Source: Octopus vulgaris
Taxonomy: Eukaryota
Assembly (NCBI GenBank): GCA_951406725.2
Contig: OX597827.1
Span: forward strand, 12,896,001-12,960,000
Direction: 5' to 3'
DNA length: 64,000 nt
Position numbers and translations under genes: made by a program. Below, in pieces: positions 13,903-27,942 of the stretch (position 1 is the first letter of the stretch; the number at the start of each line of letters is the position of its first letter). Below the pieces are notes generated by a model. That model saw only the letters and a program-made list of their open reading frames with translations, searched no databases and was not told the DNA's origin.

Positions 13903-14984
13903 GAACATGTAATTATTCTGCAATAAGTATTTCCCAGCATTTAACGATATTATCCAATATTTTCAACTCTCATAAAAAAATATAACATCTACAAATATTT
14001 TTTGGAGTGCTGGAATAGACAGATATTTTATGGCTGTGCTTCATGATGAGATAGCTTGGATTATCACCCTATCTATGAATATGAATGTGTATCTGAGTAC
14101 ATACAACTGTAAGTGAGTATGTGTTTTTTTTTGTGTGTGTGTGTCTGCATTTTTATGTGTGTATACTGGTGATAGTCAATGAAAACAGTTCAAAGTTTTT
14201 TGCATCATTAGAAAAGTTGTAACTCAGTAAGTAAACTCAACCATTTGATAAGGAAAATAGATAGAATGCATGTCACACAAAGTTTTAAGACCCTATATAA
14301 TTTACTATAACCCCTCAGATGGTGCTCTAGCATGTTCAGAGTTCAATAATTGCAACTCCATTGAAGAAAGGAGTTATTTGGTTCTTTAATCTACTGGGGT
14401 AGCAGCCCCAAATTAGCAGAGCCATTGAAGTGTTGCATAGAATCATTATCATTTAACATCCACTTTACTATGCTTGCATGGGTTAGACAGAATTTCGGAA
14501 GGCAGATTTTTTATGGTTGGGTGCTTTTCCTGTCACCTACCTTTACTTGCTTCTAAGCAGAGCAATATATCCCCATGGCCAGACTTGTTTTCCATGGAAG
14601 ACTGGAAATGATTCACCTCACTTGTATGACTATGATTCTCATTTACAACCATCTTGTAATGTCAAGATAAGGGGACACACAAACATAAACACATACTTCT
14701 ACATATATTTACACCATGGGCTTCTTTCAGTTTTTGTCTACCAAATCCACTGACAAGATTTTCACTCCCCTTGTGCTATAGTTGCTGGCTCTTGTCCAAG
14801 ATACCGTGCAGTGGGACAGAACCCAAGATCAGATGGTTGAAAGGAAACTTCTTAACCACAAAGTCACAAAATATAATAGCTTCCTTGGTCCATCGTTCCA
14901 TGGCCACTTTTCAAACTATGAAAGTGACTCACTGCACTCTGAGTTCAAATTCTGCCAAGGCCAACTTTGCTATTCACTCTTTGA

Positions 14985-15297
14985 AGCATCATTCTCACAA
15001 TCATGAGGTTGTGAGTTCAATTCCCAGACCAAGTTGTGTGTTGTGTTCTTGAGCAAGACACTTTATTTCACATTGCTTTAGTTCACTCAGCTGGCAAAAA
15101 TGAGCTGCGACATCACTGATGCTAAACTGTATCAGCCTTTGCCTTTCCCTTGGATAACATCAGTGGCATGGAGAATGGAGGCTGGTATGCATGGGTGACT
15201 GGTGGTCTTCCATAAAACAATCTTGCCCAGACTTGTACCAAGGAGGGGAACTATCTAGGTGCAATCCCATGGTCATTCATGACCAAAGTGGGGTCTA
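14985..15297 (+). mobile_element. tRNA-derived SINE with CORE/Meta-like central domain (family E)
   Basis: B-box gagttcaattccc, then gtgttgtgttcttgagcaagacactttatttcacattgc...ttcactcagctggcaaaaatgag, resembling the conserved central domains of metazoan SINE superfamilies. Confidence 0.65.
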
Positions 15298-15457
15298 TAA
15301 ATATAAAGTCCAAGGCAGGGGGCTGATGGAATTGTCAAAAGCATTGAAGAAAGATACCTTGTGATATTTGTTTCAGATCTGTGTATTTTGAGCTCAAATT
15401 CTACCTGAAGGCAAAAAACAATGGCTTTTCAGTCAGGAGTTATGACTGACAGATTGT

Positions 15458-15721
<264 letters not shown>

Positions 15722-15727
<6 letters not shown>

Positions 15728-16012
15728 TTAATGTCCGTTGTCCATGCTGGAAGGCTGCACCAGGTTCCAGTCTAATTTGGCATGGTTTTCTATGGCTGGA
15801 TGCCCTTCCTAACACCAACCACTCTAAGTGTGTAACGGGTGCTTTTACGTGTGATTTGTGTGACACTGAGGTGCCTTTACGTCCCACTGGCACAGGTGCC
15901 GACTTGCATGACACCAGTATCTGCCATGACTGTGATTTTGCTCAGCTTGACGGGTCTTCTTCTGAAGCACAACATAATGCCAAAGGCCTCAGTCATTGCC
16001 TTCATGAGGCCA
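15722..16012 (-). mobile_element. RTE 3' end (family B)
   Basis: catcatttaatgtccgttgtccatgctgg...ggctgcaccagg...tggatgcccttcctaacaccaaccac...ggtgcttttacgtg. Confidence 0.8.
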
Positions 16013-16284
16013 GGTAAAAAATAGTTGAGAACCACTAGTTTAGACAAAAAATATCTTTGAGGCATTGTTTTACTGCTGGATGCCCTTCCTGTTGCTAACC
16101 TTTACCTATTTTTCAAGTAACGAATCTCTTATTTTACACACTTTCCAGATGCTAAGTGGGTGGAGGATTTGTTAATAAGAATGATGACAGCAACTTTGCC
16201 AACAGAAAGCAAATTTTGTAGATTCATATATTAAAAAAAAACACACTCTTACGCACACTAGTCACACACACAGACACACGCATG

Positions 16285-16440
16285 TCATAACTTGATGTCT
16301 TCTTTCCATGTTGGCATGGGTTGGACAGTTTGATAAGATCTAGCTAGGTAGAAAACTGCACCAGGCGTCAGTGTCTGTTTTGGCATGGTTTTCATGGCTG
16401 GATGTCTTTCCTAACACCAACCACCTCACAGGATGGAGTG
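16285..16440 (-). mobile_element. RTE 3' end (family B), degraded
   Basis: ttccatgttggcatgggttggacagtttga...ctgcaccagg...ggctggatgtctttcctaacaccaaccac. Confidence 0.75.
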
Positions 16441-16499
16441 TATTTATATAAACTTATATACACTGACATATGTGTATATACATAAATATATAAATATAT

Positions 16500-16533
<34 letters not shown>

Positions 16534-16560
16534 CATGTGTATGCATATGTGTGTGCATAT

Positions 16561-16606
<46 letters not shown>

Positions 16607-16664
16607 GTAGAGGTAGGTACGTACATATAAGTATATATATATGCATATGTTTTATTTATTAATA

Positions 16665-16884
16665 TCATCATCATCATCATCATCATCGTTTAACGTCCGT
16701 TCTCCATGCTAGCATGGGTTGGACGGTTCGACCGGGGATCTGGGAAGCCAGAAGGCTGCACCAGGCTCCAGTCTTATCTGGCAGTGTTTCTACAGCTGGA
16801 TGCCCTTCCTAACGCCAACCACTCCGTGAGTGTAGTGGGTGCTTTTTACGTGCCACCTGCACAGGTGCCAGGCGAGGCTGGCAA
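16665..16884 (-). mobile_element. RTE 3' end (family B), well preserved
   Basis: catcatcgtttaacgtccgttctccatgctagcatgggttggacgg...tttctacagctggatgcccttcctaacgccaaccactccgtgagtgtagtgggtgctttttacgtgccacc. Confidence 0.9.
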
Positions 16885-17110
16885 TATATTATATATATAT
16901 ATATACACACATATATATGATGGGTTTCATTCAGTTTCCATTTACCATATTCACTAACTGATGCTATGCAGTAGAATGAACCCAAAACCATTTAGTTAGA
17001 AAACAGACTTCTTAATTAGACACCAATGCCTGCATGTATCCTCTTTACTGAAAATGAACTCTTCAAATTCAGCTGTGCACTTCTGGATGATGATGACGAT
17101 GATGATGAGG

Positions 17111-17141
<31 letters not shown>

Positions 17142-17348
17142 CGATGACGACGACGACGACGATGACGATGATGATGATGATGATGATGATAATGACAGCA
17201 ACAATAATAACAATGTTTATAGCTATATATGTTTATGCATATTTGTATACATACAGACACACAAACATATATATATATGTGTATGTATATAAATATGTGT
17301 GTGTAAACATATATGTGTGTGTAAATGTATATATATGTATGCATATGC

Positions 17349-17379
<31 letters not shown>

Positions 17380-18219
17380 CATAGATTCATATATATATGT
17401 GTGCATGTGTGTGTATGAATATATGTATGTATGCATCTCTGTGTATGTATATATGTATGTATGTACACATACACACACACACACACATATATATATATAT
17501 GAATACATATATATGTGTATGTATGTTTGTATTATAGTGACAGTATCTTAGTTTCATGATATACCTCGGGGGTATGTCTGTATTACTTGTTAACAGACTG
17601 AATACAAGTAGTTGTTTTCAAAAATTTCTCTGTTTACAAAGACAGACATTTGTTCTATGTTAATATTATTTCTATCAATAATGAGAAAATTGAAGTAACA
17701 CATATGACTTCAAAACGCTACGTTGAATAGTATTGTATGTCCAAATGTTTGAAGGAAAGGCTTTACAACAAGATGTTAATGTATAAAAATTTCACTTCGT
17801 AAATATGAACAAGGTACAAACAGGACTTGTGGTGGTTAAAAAAAAAAATTTGCTTCACCATCACATAACTTCTGTTTCTGTTTAATAGCACAGTACCTTT
17901 GACAAGTATTTTCCTGCTATTGCTTCGTGTCTATCCTAGCTTTTGTGAGTATCAAAATTCGATAGACAGAAACTGTATGGAAGTCCATTAAAGGAAGGCA
18001 CATGGCTAAAGGTACTCGTGGGACAAGTGCTGATATTTATTGACCCTCAAAAGCTTAAATGGCGAAGACAAACTCAGTGGAATTTTGATTGCAGAGTAAA
18101 AATGGATGCAATTGTTTACCATAAAAGATATTTTTGTCCAGCAATCTATCAAGTCTGTTAATTCACTGCCATTTAGTCATATCATATTAGTAACAATCTA
18201 TTAGTTTTGTATACAAGCA

Positions 18220-18400
18220 TAGGTAAGGCTATGTGATTAAGAAGCCCATTTAAGGACCTCGTGGTTTCAGGTTCAGTCCCACTGCATGGAAATTTGGGCA
18301 AGTGTTTTCTATTATGGCCGTGGACTGACCAATACCTTGTGAGTGAATTTGGTAGACAGAATCCGTATAAAAGCATATCATATATTTCTGTGTGTTTGTG
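18220..18400 (+). mobile_element. SINE family A 5' half, degraded
   Basis: ggtttcaggttcagtcccactgcatggaaatttgggcaagtgttttctattatggcc...ccttgtgagtgaatttggtagacagaa. Confidence 0.75.
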
Positions 18401-18419
18401 TGCTTGTGTGCATGTGTGT

Positions 18420-18468
<49 letters not shown>

Positions 18469-20012
18469 TGTGTGTGTGTGTGTGTCTGTGTGTGTATGTG
18501 TCTGTGTGTATACATGTGTGAGTGTCTTTCTGTTTGTGTCAGTCAACTCCCACTGCTTGTATGGGGCTTGCAGAATGGTGGTGGTGGTGGTAGCAGTGGT
18601 GGTAGTGGCAGCAGCAGCAGCAGCTGAGGATGCTGATAAGGAAGGGGGCAGCATAAGCAGGAGGGGTAAAAGATAGAGAAGAGGAGGTAGAGGTGGAAAG
18701 GGAGCAAGTGGCAGGGAGAGAAAGAAGGTGAGAAAGGAAAAAGACACAGCGAGTGGGAGGGGAGAAAGGAGAGAAAAGGAAGAGGGGGAGGAGAGGAGGA
18801 AAGGAGAGGGGAGGAGAAAGAAAGGGGAAGAGAGGAAGGGAGGAGAGGGGAAGGGAAGGGAAGGAAGAGGAAGCTGAAGAGAGGAGAAAGAAGGGATGGA
18901 GGAGAAGCTTCAGTGCAGTTTCTGTCACCCAAATTCACTGATGAAGCATAGGGGACCAGCTCAGGACTATATACGTAGTAGAAGACACCTACCAGAAGCA
19001 CCTCACAGTGGGACTGAATCGACCTTAAAGCACATGGATGCAAAACAAGCTTCTTAGCACCACACCACTATGCCCGCACCTATACTGTATTTTCGGAATA
19101 AAGCAATGAATACCAATAGACTATTTGCTAGAAGTTTGTACCTAATACTACAGCAGTATACAAGCTGAATGCTAAATATGTATACAGTACATGAGAAAAA
19201 AATATACCATGTCAACATAATCCATCAGTGTAAGATAGAGAAGAATTAATTCTTTTCATGTGCCATTCCAGCACTTAAGATATCTGCACTCTGTAGATTA
19301 TAAGACTTTTATGTATTTACTACTGAACAAACTACTGAATAATTCCACTACAGAGGAAAGTTTTATATGTAATATATATATATAAATATTGTGTGCGTGT
19401 GTGTGTGAAAAAGAGAGAGAGACAGACAGACAGTAGTTTGTGTGTATACATATATATATATACATACATATATACACATATATATATATATATATACATC
19501 AAGTATACATGTGTGTATGAGTGTCTGTGTGTGTGTGCATTTATACACACACACACACACATACACACACATATATATATACATATATACACACATATAT
19601 ACAGGGAAAAGATTAGTTATGGATGTGTGGTTAAGATGCAGTTAAGAAGTTCACTTTCAATGCACCCGGTTTCGGGTGCAATCCCACTGAGTGGCACTCT
19701 GTGGCACTCTGTGGAGTTCTGTAGCACTGTGTGGAACTGTGGGCAAGTAGATGGGGGCCTGTTAAGTGGAGCATGACACAATATGGATAATGAGAGGGAA
19801 AAAAGACAAGTGATGCAAGAAGTGAGACAAGACCAAACCAGAAAAGCTGAGACAGGAGAAACAGAAAGGGCTTAAAGCAGAGCTGTGGATCAGAAGCTGA
19901 AGCCGGTCTGAGAGTGGCATTTCTAGGGTAATAAATTTATTAGTATTTATACTAAAGTATGTGCACCTGAGCACCGTATACAATAATTTCATTATTATTA
20001 TCATTATTATTA

Positions 20013-20063
<51 letters not shown>

Positions 20064-20079
20064 ATTATTATTATTATTT

Positions 20080-20360
20080 ATGGGTTTTTCTTCTTCTTTC
20101 AAATTTGCTTCCATTTCTTGCCGAGTGTCTTCCCGACTCCCAGGGCAAAGAAACTCATAGTATACATTGGTAAGCCATTAAACTAAACTCACTATTTCGT
20201 TCATTTTTTTTTTTTTTATAGAAATAAAGTTAAATTAAAATACATGGGTAGTAATAATTCTCACATCGACAATGCTCTTCTCAATACGTGTGATGTACCA
20301 GTTAAGACAATCTTTTGCACTTCTTGCGGAGATGGTAAGCCAGGGATCATTCTCATATAA

Positions 20361-20365
<5 letters not shown>
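20080..20365 (-). mobile_element. R4/Dong-like (RLE) non-LTR retrotransposon 3' end in a (TAA)n tract
   Basis: Minus strand encodes KNYMRMIPGLPSPQEVQKIVLTGTSHVLRRALSM* (stop 20261-20263), resembling the QK..L.GT..ILR..L C-terminus of R4/Dong ORFs; then a 3' UTR and (TAA)n tail; (ATT)n on both flanks. Confidence 0.72.
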
Positions 20366-20437
<72 letters not shown>

Positions 20438-20438
20438 T

Positions 20439-20572
20439 TATGTTTGACATTTGCTTTACATTTGTACAAGTTGGCTCCAAATCTCATTCAGAGACCTCAA
20501 GAGACAACAAGTTGGAAGTTCATGTTGGTGTTATGCCTAGGGTGTCATATATTTGGTTTTGCACATAGTATT
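20439..20572 (-). mobile_element. Probable second R4/Dong-like 3'-UTR fragment
   Basis: Minus-strand gtctcttgaggtctctgaatgagatttggagccaac ends directly in (TAA)n, the same architecture as its neighbour. Confidence 0.45.
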
Positions 20573-20574
20573 GT

Positions 20575-20957
20575 TACTCTTTTACTTGTTTCAGTCATTT
20601 GACTGCGGCCATGCTGGAGCATCGCCTTTAGTCGAGGAGATCAACCCCAGAACTTATTCTTTGTAAGCCCAATACTTATTCTATCGGTCTCTTTTGCCGA
20701 ACCGCTAAGTGACGGGGACGTAAACACACCAGCATCGGTTGTCAAGCAATGCTAGGGAGACAAAGACACACACACATACATATATATATACATATATACG
20801 ACAGGCTTCTTTCAGTTTCTGTCTACCAAATCCACTCACAAGGCATTGGTCGGCCTGAGGCTGTAGTAGAAGACACTTGCCCAAGGTGCCACGCAGTGGG
20901 ACTGAACCCGGAACCATGTGGTTGGTTAGCAAGCTACTTACCACACAGCCACTCCTG
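20575..20957 (-). mobile_element. SINE family A, full length
   Basis: tRNA-like head (TGGCTGTGTGG A-box, GGTTCAGTCCC B-box on minus), central (CA/TA)n, (TAAAAGAG)n-type tail; near-identical to about 10 other copies. Confidence 0.93.
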
Positions 20958-21017
20958 TTCTAGAGAATGTTTAAGAAACCATAAGAAAATTATTATTATT
21001 ATTACTATTATTATTAT

Positions 21018-21425
21018 TACTCTTTACTCTTTTACTCTTTTACTTGTTTCAGTCATTTGACTGCGGCCATGCTGGAGCACCGCCTTTAGTTAAGCAAATC
21101 GACCCTGGGACTTATTCTTTTTGTAAGCCCAGTACTTATTCTATCGGTCTCTTTTGCCGAACCGCTAAGTAACGGGGACATAAACACACCAGCATCGGTT
21201 GTCAAGCAATGCTAGGGGGACAAACACAGACACACAAACAAACACACATACATATATATATATACATATATACGACAGGCTTCTTTCAGTTTCCGTCTAC
21301 CAAATCCACTCACAAGGCATTGGTTGGCCCAAGGCTATAGCAGAAGACACTTGCCCAAGATGCCACGCAGTGGGACTGAACCCGGAATCACGTGGTTGGT
21401 TAGCAAGCTACTTACCACACAGCCA
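21018..21425 (-). mobile_element. SINE family A, near full length
   Basis: Same structure as 20575-20957. Confidence 0.93.
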
Positions 21426-21893
21426 ATATTATTATTATTATTATTATTATTATTAGTCCATAAAAGCAGTTTCTCTTAGCTTAAATACTGCAAGTGGTAT
21501 ACTGTGTGTTTTTATATATTTTTATGTACATTGTAAATGTTACGTGTATTGCTATTTTATTCTGAAAGTAGGTTCATATATGATTTTAGGCATCAAGCCT
21601 GGTCTGAGCACTAAATGTCTATATCAATGATAGGTCTTCTCGATGTAGCCCTGTCCACTATCTGTGTGTGTGTGTGTGTGTGTGTATTGTTCAAGTGTGT
21701 ATACTGATATATTTACATATATGTATGCAAACACCCACATATATACATATATACATATATATATATATATAATATTATATATATGTGTGTGTATATGTAT
21801 ATATAAGTGCATTTGTATATATGTACATATAAGTATATATATATATGTACATAAAAGTATATTTATATGTATGTATACATACATACATTTATA

Positions 21894-21935
<42 letters not shown>

Positions 21936-21956
21936 TATAAATGTATTTATATATAC

Positions 21957-22001
<45 letters not shown>

Positions 22002-22034
22002 TATACATGTATATATATATAAATGTATTTATAT

Positions 22035-22173
<139 letters not shown>

Positions 22174-22604
22174 CACACACATATATATATATAGACTTAT
22201 GCTCATACATCTATATATTCTAACTTGAATCCAGTTCTCTTCTGTTCTCCTATATATATAAGTTGACTTCTCTGTTGAACAACTTCACTACAATTTCCAA
22301 CTATAGTCAATAGCCCGGTGAGATTTAATTTCCAGCAAGCTGTTGTTACAATTGACAAATAAATGAAATGAAACCTGCAGTGATGAAGTGTAATAGTGGA
22401 CATTTTCATTCCATACAAATACATTCACACAGACTCCTATGCACACATACACACACACATGCACACACACACACACACGCATACACACACACATAAACTC
22501 ACATGCACACACAGACACTAGCAAACATACATAAAACACTTATTTATGCCAGAGTATTCAAATTGGAGAAGAAGCAATCAATAGGTGCAAGTATGGCATA
22601 ATGT

Positions 22605-23180
22605 ACAGGTATGGCTTGTGTGGGAAAGATGCTTCCTTTGCAGCCATGTAGTTGTAGGTTCAATCCCATTGCACAGCACATTAGGTAAGTGTCATCATCA
22701 TCGTTTAACGTCCGCTTTCCATGCTAGCATGGGTTGGACGGTTTAACTGGGGTCTGGGAAGCCAGGAGGCTGCATCAGGCCCAGTCTGATCTGGCAGTGT
22801 TTCTACAGCTGGATATCCTTCCAGCTGTCCTTTTAAAAAAATGGCCTGGGCTTACAAATGCCTTGTGAAGGAATCTGGCCGAAAGAAACTGTGTGGAAGT
22901 TCATTGTGTGTGTGTGTGTGTGGGTATGTAAGTACGTGTGTGTGTGCGCGCACGTGTGTGTGTGTGTGTCTTTTCATCTGTGTTTGTTCTTCCATAATTT
23001 GACGGTTGTTTTGCTTTCTCTTTATAACCCTGTGACTTAGTGGTTCAGCAAACGTTGTCAAATGAATAACTCCTAGACTTAAGAAATTAAGAATTTACAG
23101 GAATCGCTTTGTTTGACTAAACACTGTTTCAAGCAGGGCTGCAGCCCAATGACTGGAACAAGCAAGAGATAAAAGATAAA
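22605..23180 (+). mobile_element. Old SINE-A-related copy interrupted by an RTE 3' end
   Basis: Head ggttcaatcccattgcacagcacattaggtaagtgtc breaks at 22693, resumes near 22826 (ccttgtgaaggaatctggccgaaagaaactgtgtggaag) and ends with caatgactggaacaagcaagagataaaagat. Confidence 0.65.
22693..22826 (-). mobile_element. RTE 3' end (family B) nested in a SINE
   Basis: catcatcatcgtttaacgtccgctttccatgctagcatgggttggacgg...tttctacagctgga. Confidence 0.88.
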
Positions 23181-23533
23181 TACATGTAGTGGAGTTTATT
23201 CATTATTCCATTGCTACTTAGATTTCTTTATGTTACATGCAAAAGAATTGAAAATTTACTGACGTTCGTACACATATATGTGTGCATATATATATGTATT
23301 TATTTATGGCAGGCTTCTTTCAGTTTCCATCTATGAAATCCACTCAAAAGGCACTGGTTGGTTCAAGGATATAGTAGAAGACACTTATCCAAAGGGCCAT
23401 GCTATGGGATTGAGCAACAAAAAACGTATAATATCTATATGTTCATAAAAATATATAAACATACATATGTGTGTGTATATATTTATATATATATATACAC
23501 ATATATACATATATGTATATACACATATTCATA

Positions 23534-23605
<72 letters not shown>

Positions 23606-23660
23606 TTATTGGTGAATTGAAGAAATGGAGCTGAACGCAGATTGAACAGAAATCGTTTTA

Positions 23661-23749
23661 TTTCATTCTACACGTGTTTCGAAAGGCACAATTTACCAAA
23701 ATCCGATTGAATAATGGGACCATATTGTGTCTTTCTCTTCAGGAAGAAA
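23661..23749 (-). ncRNA. Minimal type I hammerhead ribozyme motif (Penelope-like)
   Basis: Minus strand reads tttcttc-CTGAAGA-gaaagacacaat...attgtgcctttc-GAAA-cacgtg-TA-gaatgaaa: complete catalytic core, 11/12-bp stem II, palindromic minimal stem III, GUA cleavage triplet, short stem I. Confidence 0.8.
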
Positions 23750-23875
23750 TAGGAAATCCGTTGGAAAAAACAAAAACATATATACATATAAACATATATA
23801 CATGTATATATATATATATATACATGTATATATATATCAATATATATATATGCACATATATATACATATGTATAC

Positions 23876-24060
23876 CATCATCATCGTTTAACGTCCATTG
23901 TCCAAGCTGGCATGGGTTGGACGGTGAGCTGAAGGGCTTCACCAGACTCCAGTCTGATTTGGCATTGTTTCTATGGCTGGAAATCCTTCCTAATGCCAAC
24001 CACTCTGAGAGTGTAATAGGTGCTTTTACATGCCACTGGCATGGTGCCAGTTGCAGGGCC
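23876..24060 (-). mobile_element. RTE 3' end (family B)
   Basis: catcatcatcgtttaacgtccattgtccaagctggcatgggttggacgg...ccttcctaatgccaaccac...ggtgcttttacatgccac. Confidence 0.85.
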
Positions 24061-24187
24061 CCAATATCTATCACAACTACGATTTATACATACATGTGTG
24101 TGTACATATGTATATGTGTTTACATGTGTGTACGTGTGCACACACAATCAGATACTTTACACAAATTAATAACACATATGTACATAT

Positions 24188-24590
24188 GTGCAGGAGTGGC
24201 TGTGTGGTAAGTAGCTTGCTAACCAGCCACATGGTTCCGGGTTCAGTCCCACTGCGTCGCATCTTGGGCAAGTGTCTTCTGCTATAGCCCCGGGCCGATC
24301 AATGCCTTGTGAGTGGATTTGGTAGACGGAAACTGAAAGAAGCCTGTCGTATATATTTATATATATATATGTGTGTGTGTGTTTCTGTATCTGTGTTTGT
24401 CCCCCTAGCATTGCTTGACAACTGATGCTGGTGTATTTACGCTCACGTCACTTAGCGGTTCGGCAAAAGAGACCGATAGAATAAGTACTGGGCTTACAAA
24501 GAATAAGTCCCGGGGTCGATTTGCTCGACTAAAGGCGGTGCTCCAGCATGGCCACAGTCAAATGACTAAAACAAGTAAAAAAAAAAAAGA
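24188..24590 (+). mobile_element. SINE family A, full length
   Basis: gcaggagtggctgtgtggtaagtagcttgc...ggttccgggttcagtcccactgcg...ccagcatggccacagtcaaatgactaaaacaagtaaaa. Confidence 0.93.
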
Positions 24591-24977
24591 AAAAAATATC
24601 AGTTTTAAAGTAAAACGGAAATTAGGAGACAATTTAAATAAATGAATAGCTGATGCGAAAATGTAATTAATTGTTGATCCCCAGCAAAAATATGGATAGA
24701 ATAATATTAATTATAATTAATGCAAATGTCAACTACAAAAGTCAGCCATGATGTTTTTTTTTCATCATCATTGATTTATATTTTGAAAAAAGTTTGTAGA
24801 AATCCCAGATACACAAGAATTCTTGCTGTTTTCTAAACTAAAAAAGTTGGCACAATTTAGTATTGATTGAAACAGAACAGACTTTCTTTATTAATTATGA
24901 AATGGCAAACTTTTGATCTACCCCTCTCTCACTCTTTCTCATCCTCTCTCTTTCATCCTTTCACTCTATCTCTATTA

Positions 24978-25057
<80 letters not shown>

Positions 25058-25059
25058 GT

Positions 25060-25190
25060 CTGTCTGTCTGTTGCTCTGTCTGTCTGTTGCTCTGTCTGTC
25101 TGTTGCTCTGTCTGTCTGTTGCTCTGTCTGTCTGTTGCTCTGTCTGTCTGTTGCTCTGTCTGTCTGTTGCTCTGTCTGTCTGTTGCTCTG
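25060..25190. repeat. 16-bp minisatellite (ctgtctgtctgttgct), about 8 copies
   Basis: Direct inspection. Confidence 0.9.
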
Positions 25191-25322
25191 CCTCCACAAA
25201 CATACACGTATAAATATACATACACATATATATACATATAAACATGCATACACACATGTCTTTATTTTTTTTATGTCTTTTTTTCCCCTGCTTGCAGAAT
25301 TTGAACAAATATTCATTGATGC

Positions 25323-25353
<31 letters not shown>

Positions 25354-25413
25354 GTCTATCTATCTATCTATCTATCAATCTGTTTATATCTATCTATCTA
25401 TCTATCAATCTAT

Positions 25414-25450
<37 letters not shown>

Positions 25451-25466
25451 CATCTATCTATCTATC

Positions 25467-25550
<84 letters not shown>

Positions 25551-25568
25551 GTCAATCACTGTCTTGCA

Positions 25569-25599
<31 letters not shown>

Positions 25600-25984
25600 T
25601 CTCTTCATACACACACACATACAAAATCACATCAACGTATATGTATATGTGTATCAGTAAATGTGTATACAAACATACATATATGTATGTGTGTGTGTGT
25701 CTACATATGTGTATATATATATATATAATGTGTGTGTATATATTTATATGTATATATATATGTGTATATAAACACACATACACAGATGTATATACATGTA
25801 CACACACATATATACATATATATATATTTGTATGTATATACATATATATATGTACACACATAAATATATATATGTATATATATATATGTATATATATATG
25901 TGTGTGTATATATATGTGTATATAAACACACATACTCAGATGTATATATATGTACACACACATATATACATATATATATATTTG

Positions 25985-26020
<36 letters not shown>

Positions 26021-26042
26021 CACATATAAATATATATATGTA

Positions 26043-26121
<79 letters not shown>

Positions 26122-26479
26122 TGAATACACATTATCTTTCACCCATGGATGCATGGCTATATGTATACATCTATTTATGCATTTTAATTTTTATATCCTT
26201 CTATGATTATAATTGTTTCGTTATAATTACAGTGTAACTGAAACATTTTTATCAACACCATAGAGTTTTGGATATTTTTCAGATATATTGGAAAATCGAA
26301 TATATTGATATCTACTTAAAGCATTGGAGACATAGTGTTATATTGATATTTTTCTTCAACTTTCTTGAGTGTCTTTTCTGTTTTCTTTTAATTTTTTCTC
26401 CCCCCCCCCCCCGCCACCTATTTCTCACGCAACATCTCTGTAATCTCCTTAACTATCCACATTGTCTACTTCTTTGTCG

Positions 26480-27012
26480 CTATTATCATCAATATCGTCG
26501 TCGTTGTCGTCATCATCATCATCATCATCATCGTCATCATCTTCATTATATTCATCATCGTTGTCGTAATAAACATCGCAGTCGTTATAAGCGTCGTTGT
26601 CATCATTATCGTCGCCAATGTTATCATCGTCAGTGTCATCGTCAGTGTCATCGTCAGTGTCATCGTCATTGTCATCGTTTCTGTTATCTCTGTCGTAATC
26701 AGTGTGGTCCTTGTCATCAACATCGGCCCCCCACCGCCTTCTTATTTCCATCATCATTTTCATCCTCATCCTCATTGTCATTATCATCATCATCATCATC
26801 ATCATCATCCTTATCATTATCACTGCCATCATTACAATCATCCTCATCATCATCATCATCATGACAACTGTCATTACCAGCATCATCATCATCGGTATCA
26901 TCTTCTTTATTTCATGTCCTGCGAACTTGGCATCATCACATTTCCATCACTATTAACAGCATCATTTTCATTGTCACCATTACTGACTTACCCTCCACCC
27001 CACCACCAATAC

Positions 27013-27059
<47 letters not shown>

Positions 27060-27133
27060 CCACCACCACCACCACCACCACCACTACCACTAGCACCACC
27101 ACAACCACCACTACCACTAGCACCACCACCACC

Positions 27134-27167
<34 letters not shown>

Positions 27168-27363
27168 TAATCATCATCATCATCCTTGTCATCATTGTCA
27201 TTATCATTGTTATTATCATCTTCATTGTCATCGTCATCGTCATCACTGTCATCATCATCATCATCATTATCATCACCATGATTGTCATTGCTGCTATCAT
27301 CACCACTGTCATCATCGTAATCATCATTGCCATCATTGTCGTCGTCGTCATCCTCATTGCCAC

Positions 27364-27411
<48 letters not shown>

Positions 27412-27412
27412 T

Positions 27413-27444
<32 letters not shown>

Positions 27445-27896
27445 GATCATGATCATCATCATGATCATCATCATCATCATCATCATCATAGTCATCATTG
27501 TCATCATCATCGTTATCGTCATCATCGTTGTCATCATCGTTATCGTCATCACATCCTCCCCTTTCCTCCACATCTTCCTCATCACCTGCATCATTCAGCA
27601 GTAGCAACATTCGCGCCTCCCTTTTCCCACCTTTCTTTACTAACACCACCACCACCACCACCACCACCACCACCACCACCACCATTTCATACATCTGCCA
27701 CTACTGCCAAGCAAGGCGAGTAAGCGCTCTGTAGGAGTCGACTTAATTAATAACATTTTGCCTAACCCGCCACTATGTCTTTTGAGACCAGTTTTATTCC
27801 TGTCACCAGGAAACAAATCTAAGGCCCTGCAAACTCTCACCAGCATGCTTGCTACTCTCTTGCACATACAAACACATCTACGTACTTATACATACC

Positions 27897-27942
<46 letters not shown>

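Noticed and set aside
18936-18960. CTGATGA motif
   Set aside because: Lies within a degraded SINE-A and lacks stem II and GAAA; the CTGATGA hits at about 40406 (RTE) and 41001 (Tc1) are coding-derived
24188-24265. tRNA gene-like A/B boxes
   Set aside because: This is the head of a multi-copy SINE with no complete cloverleaf; the same applies to all family A, C and E heads
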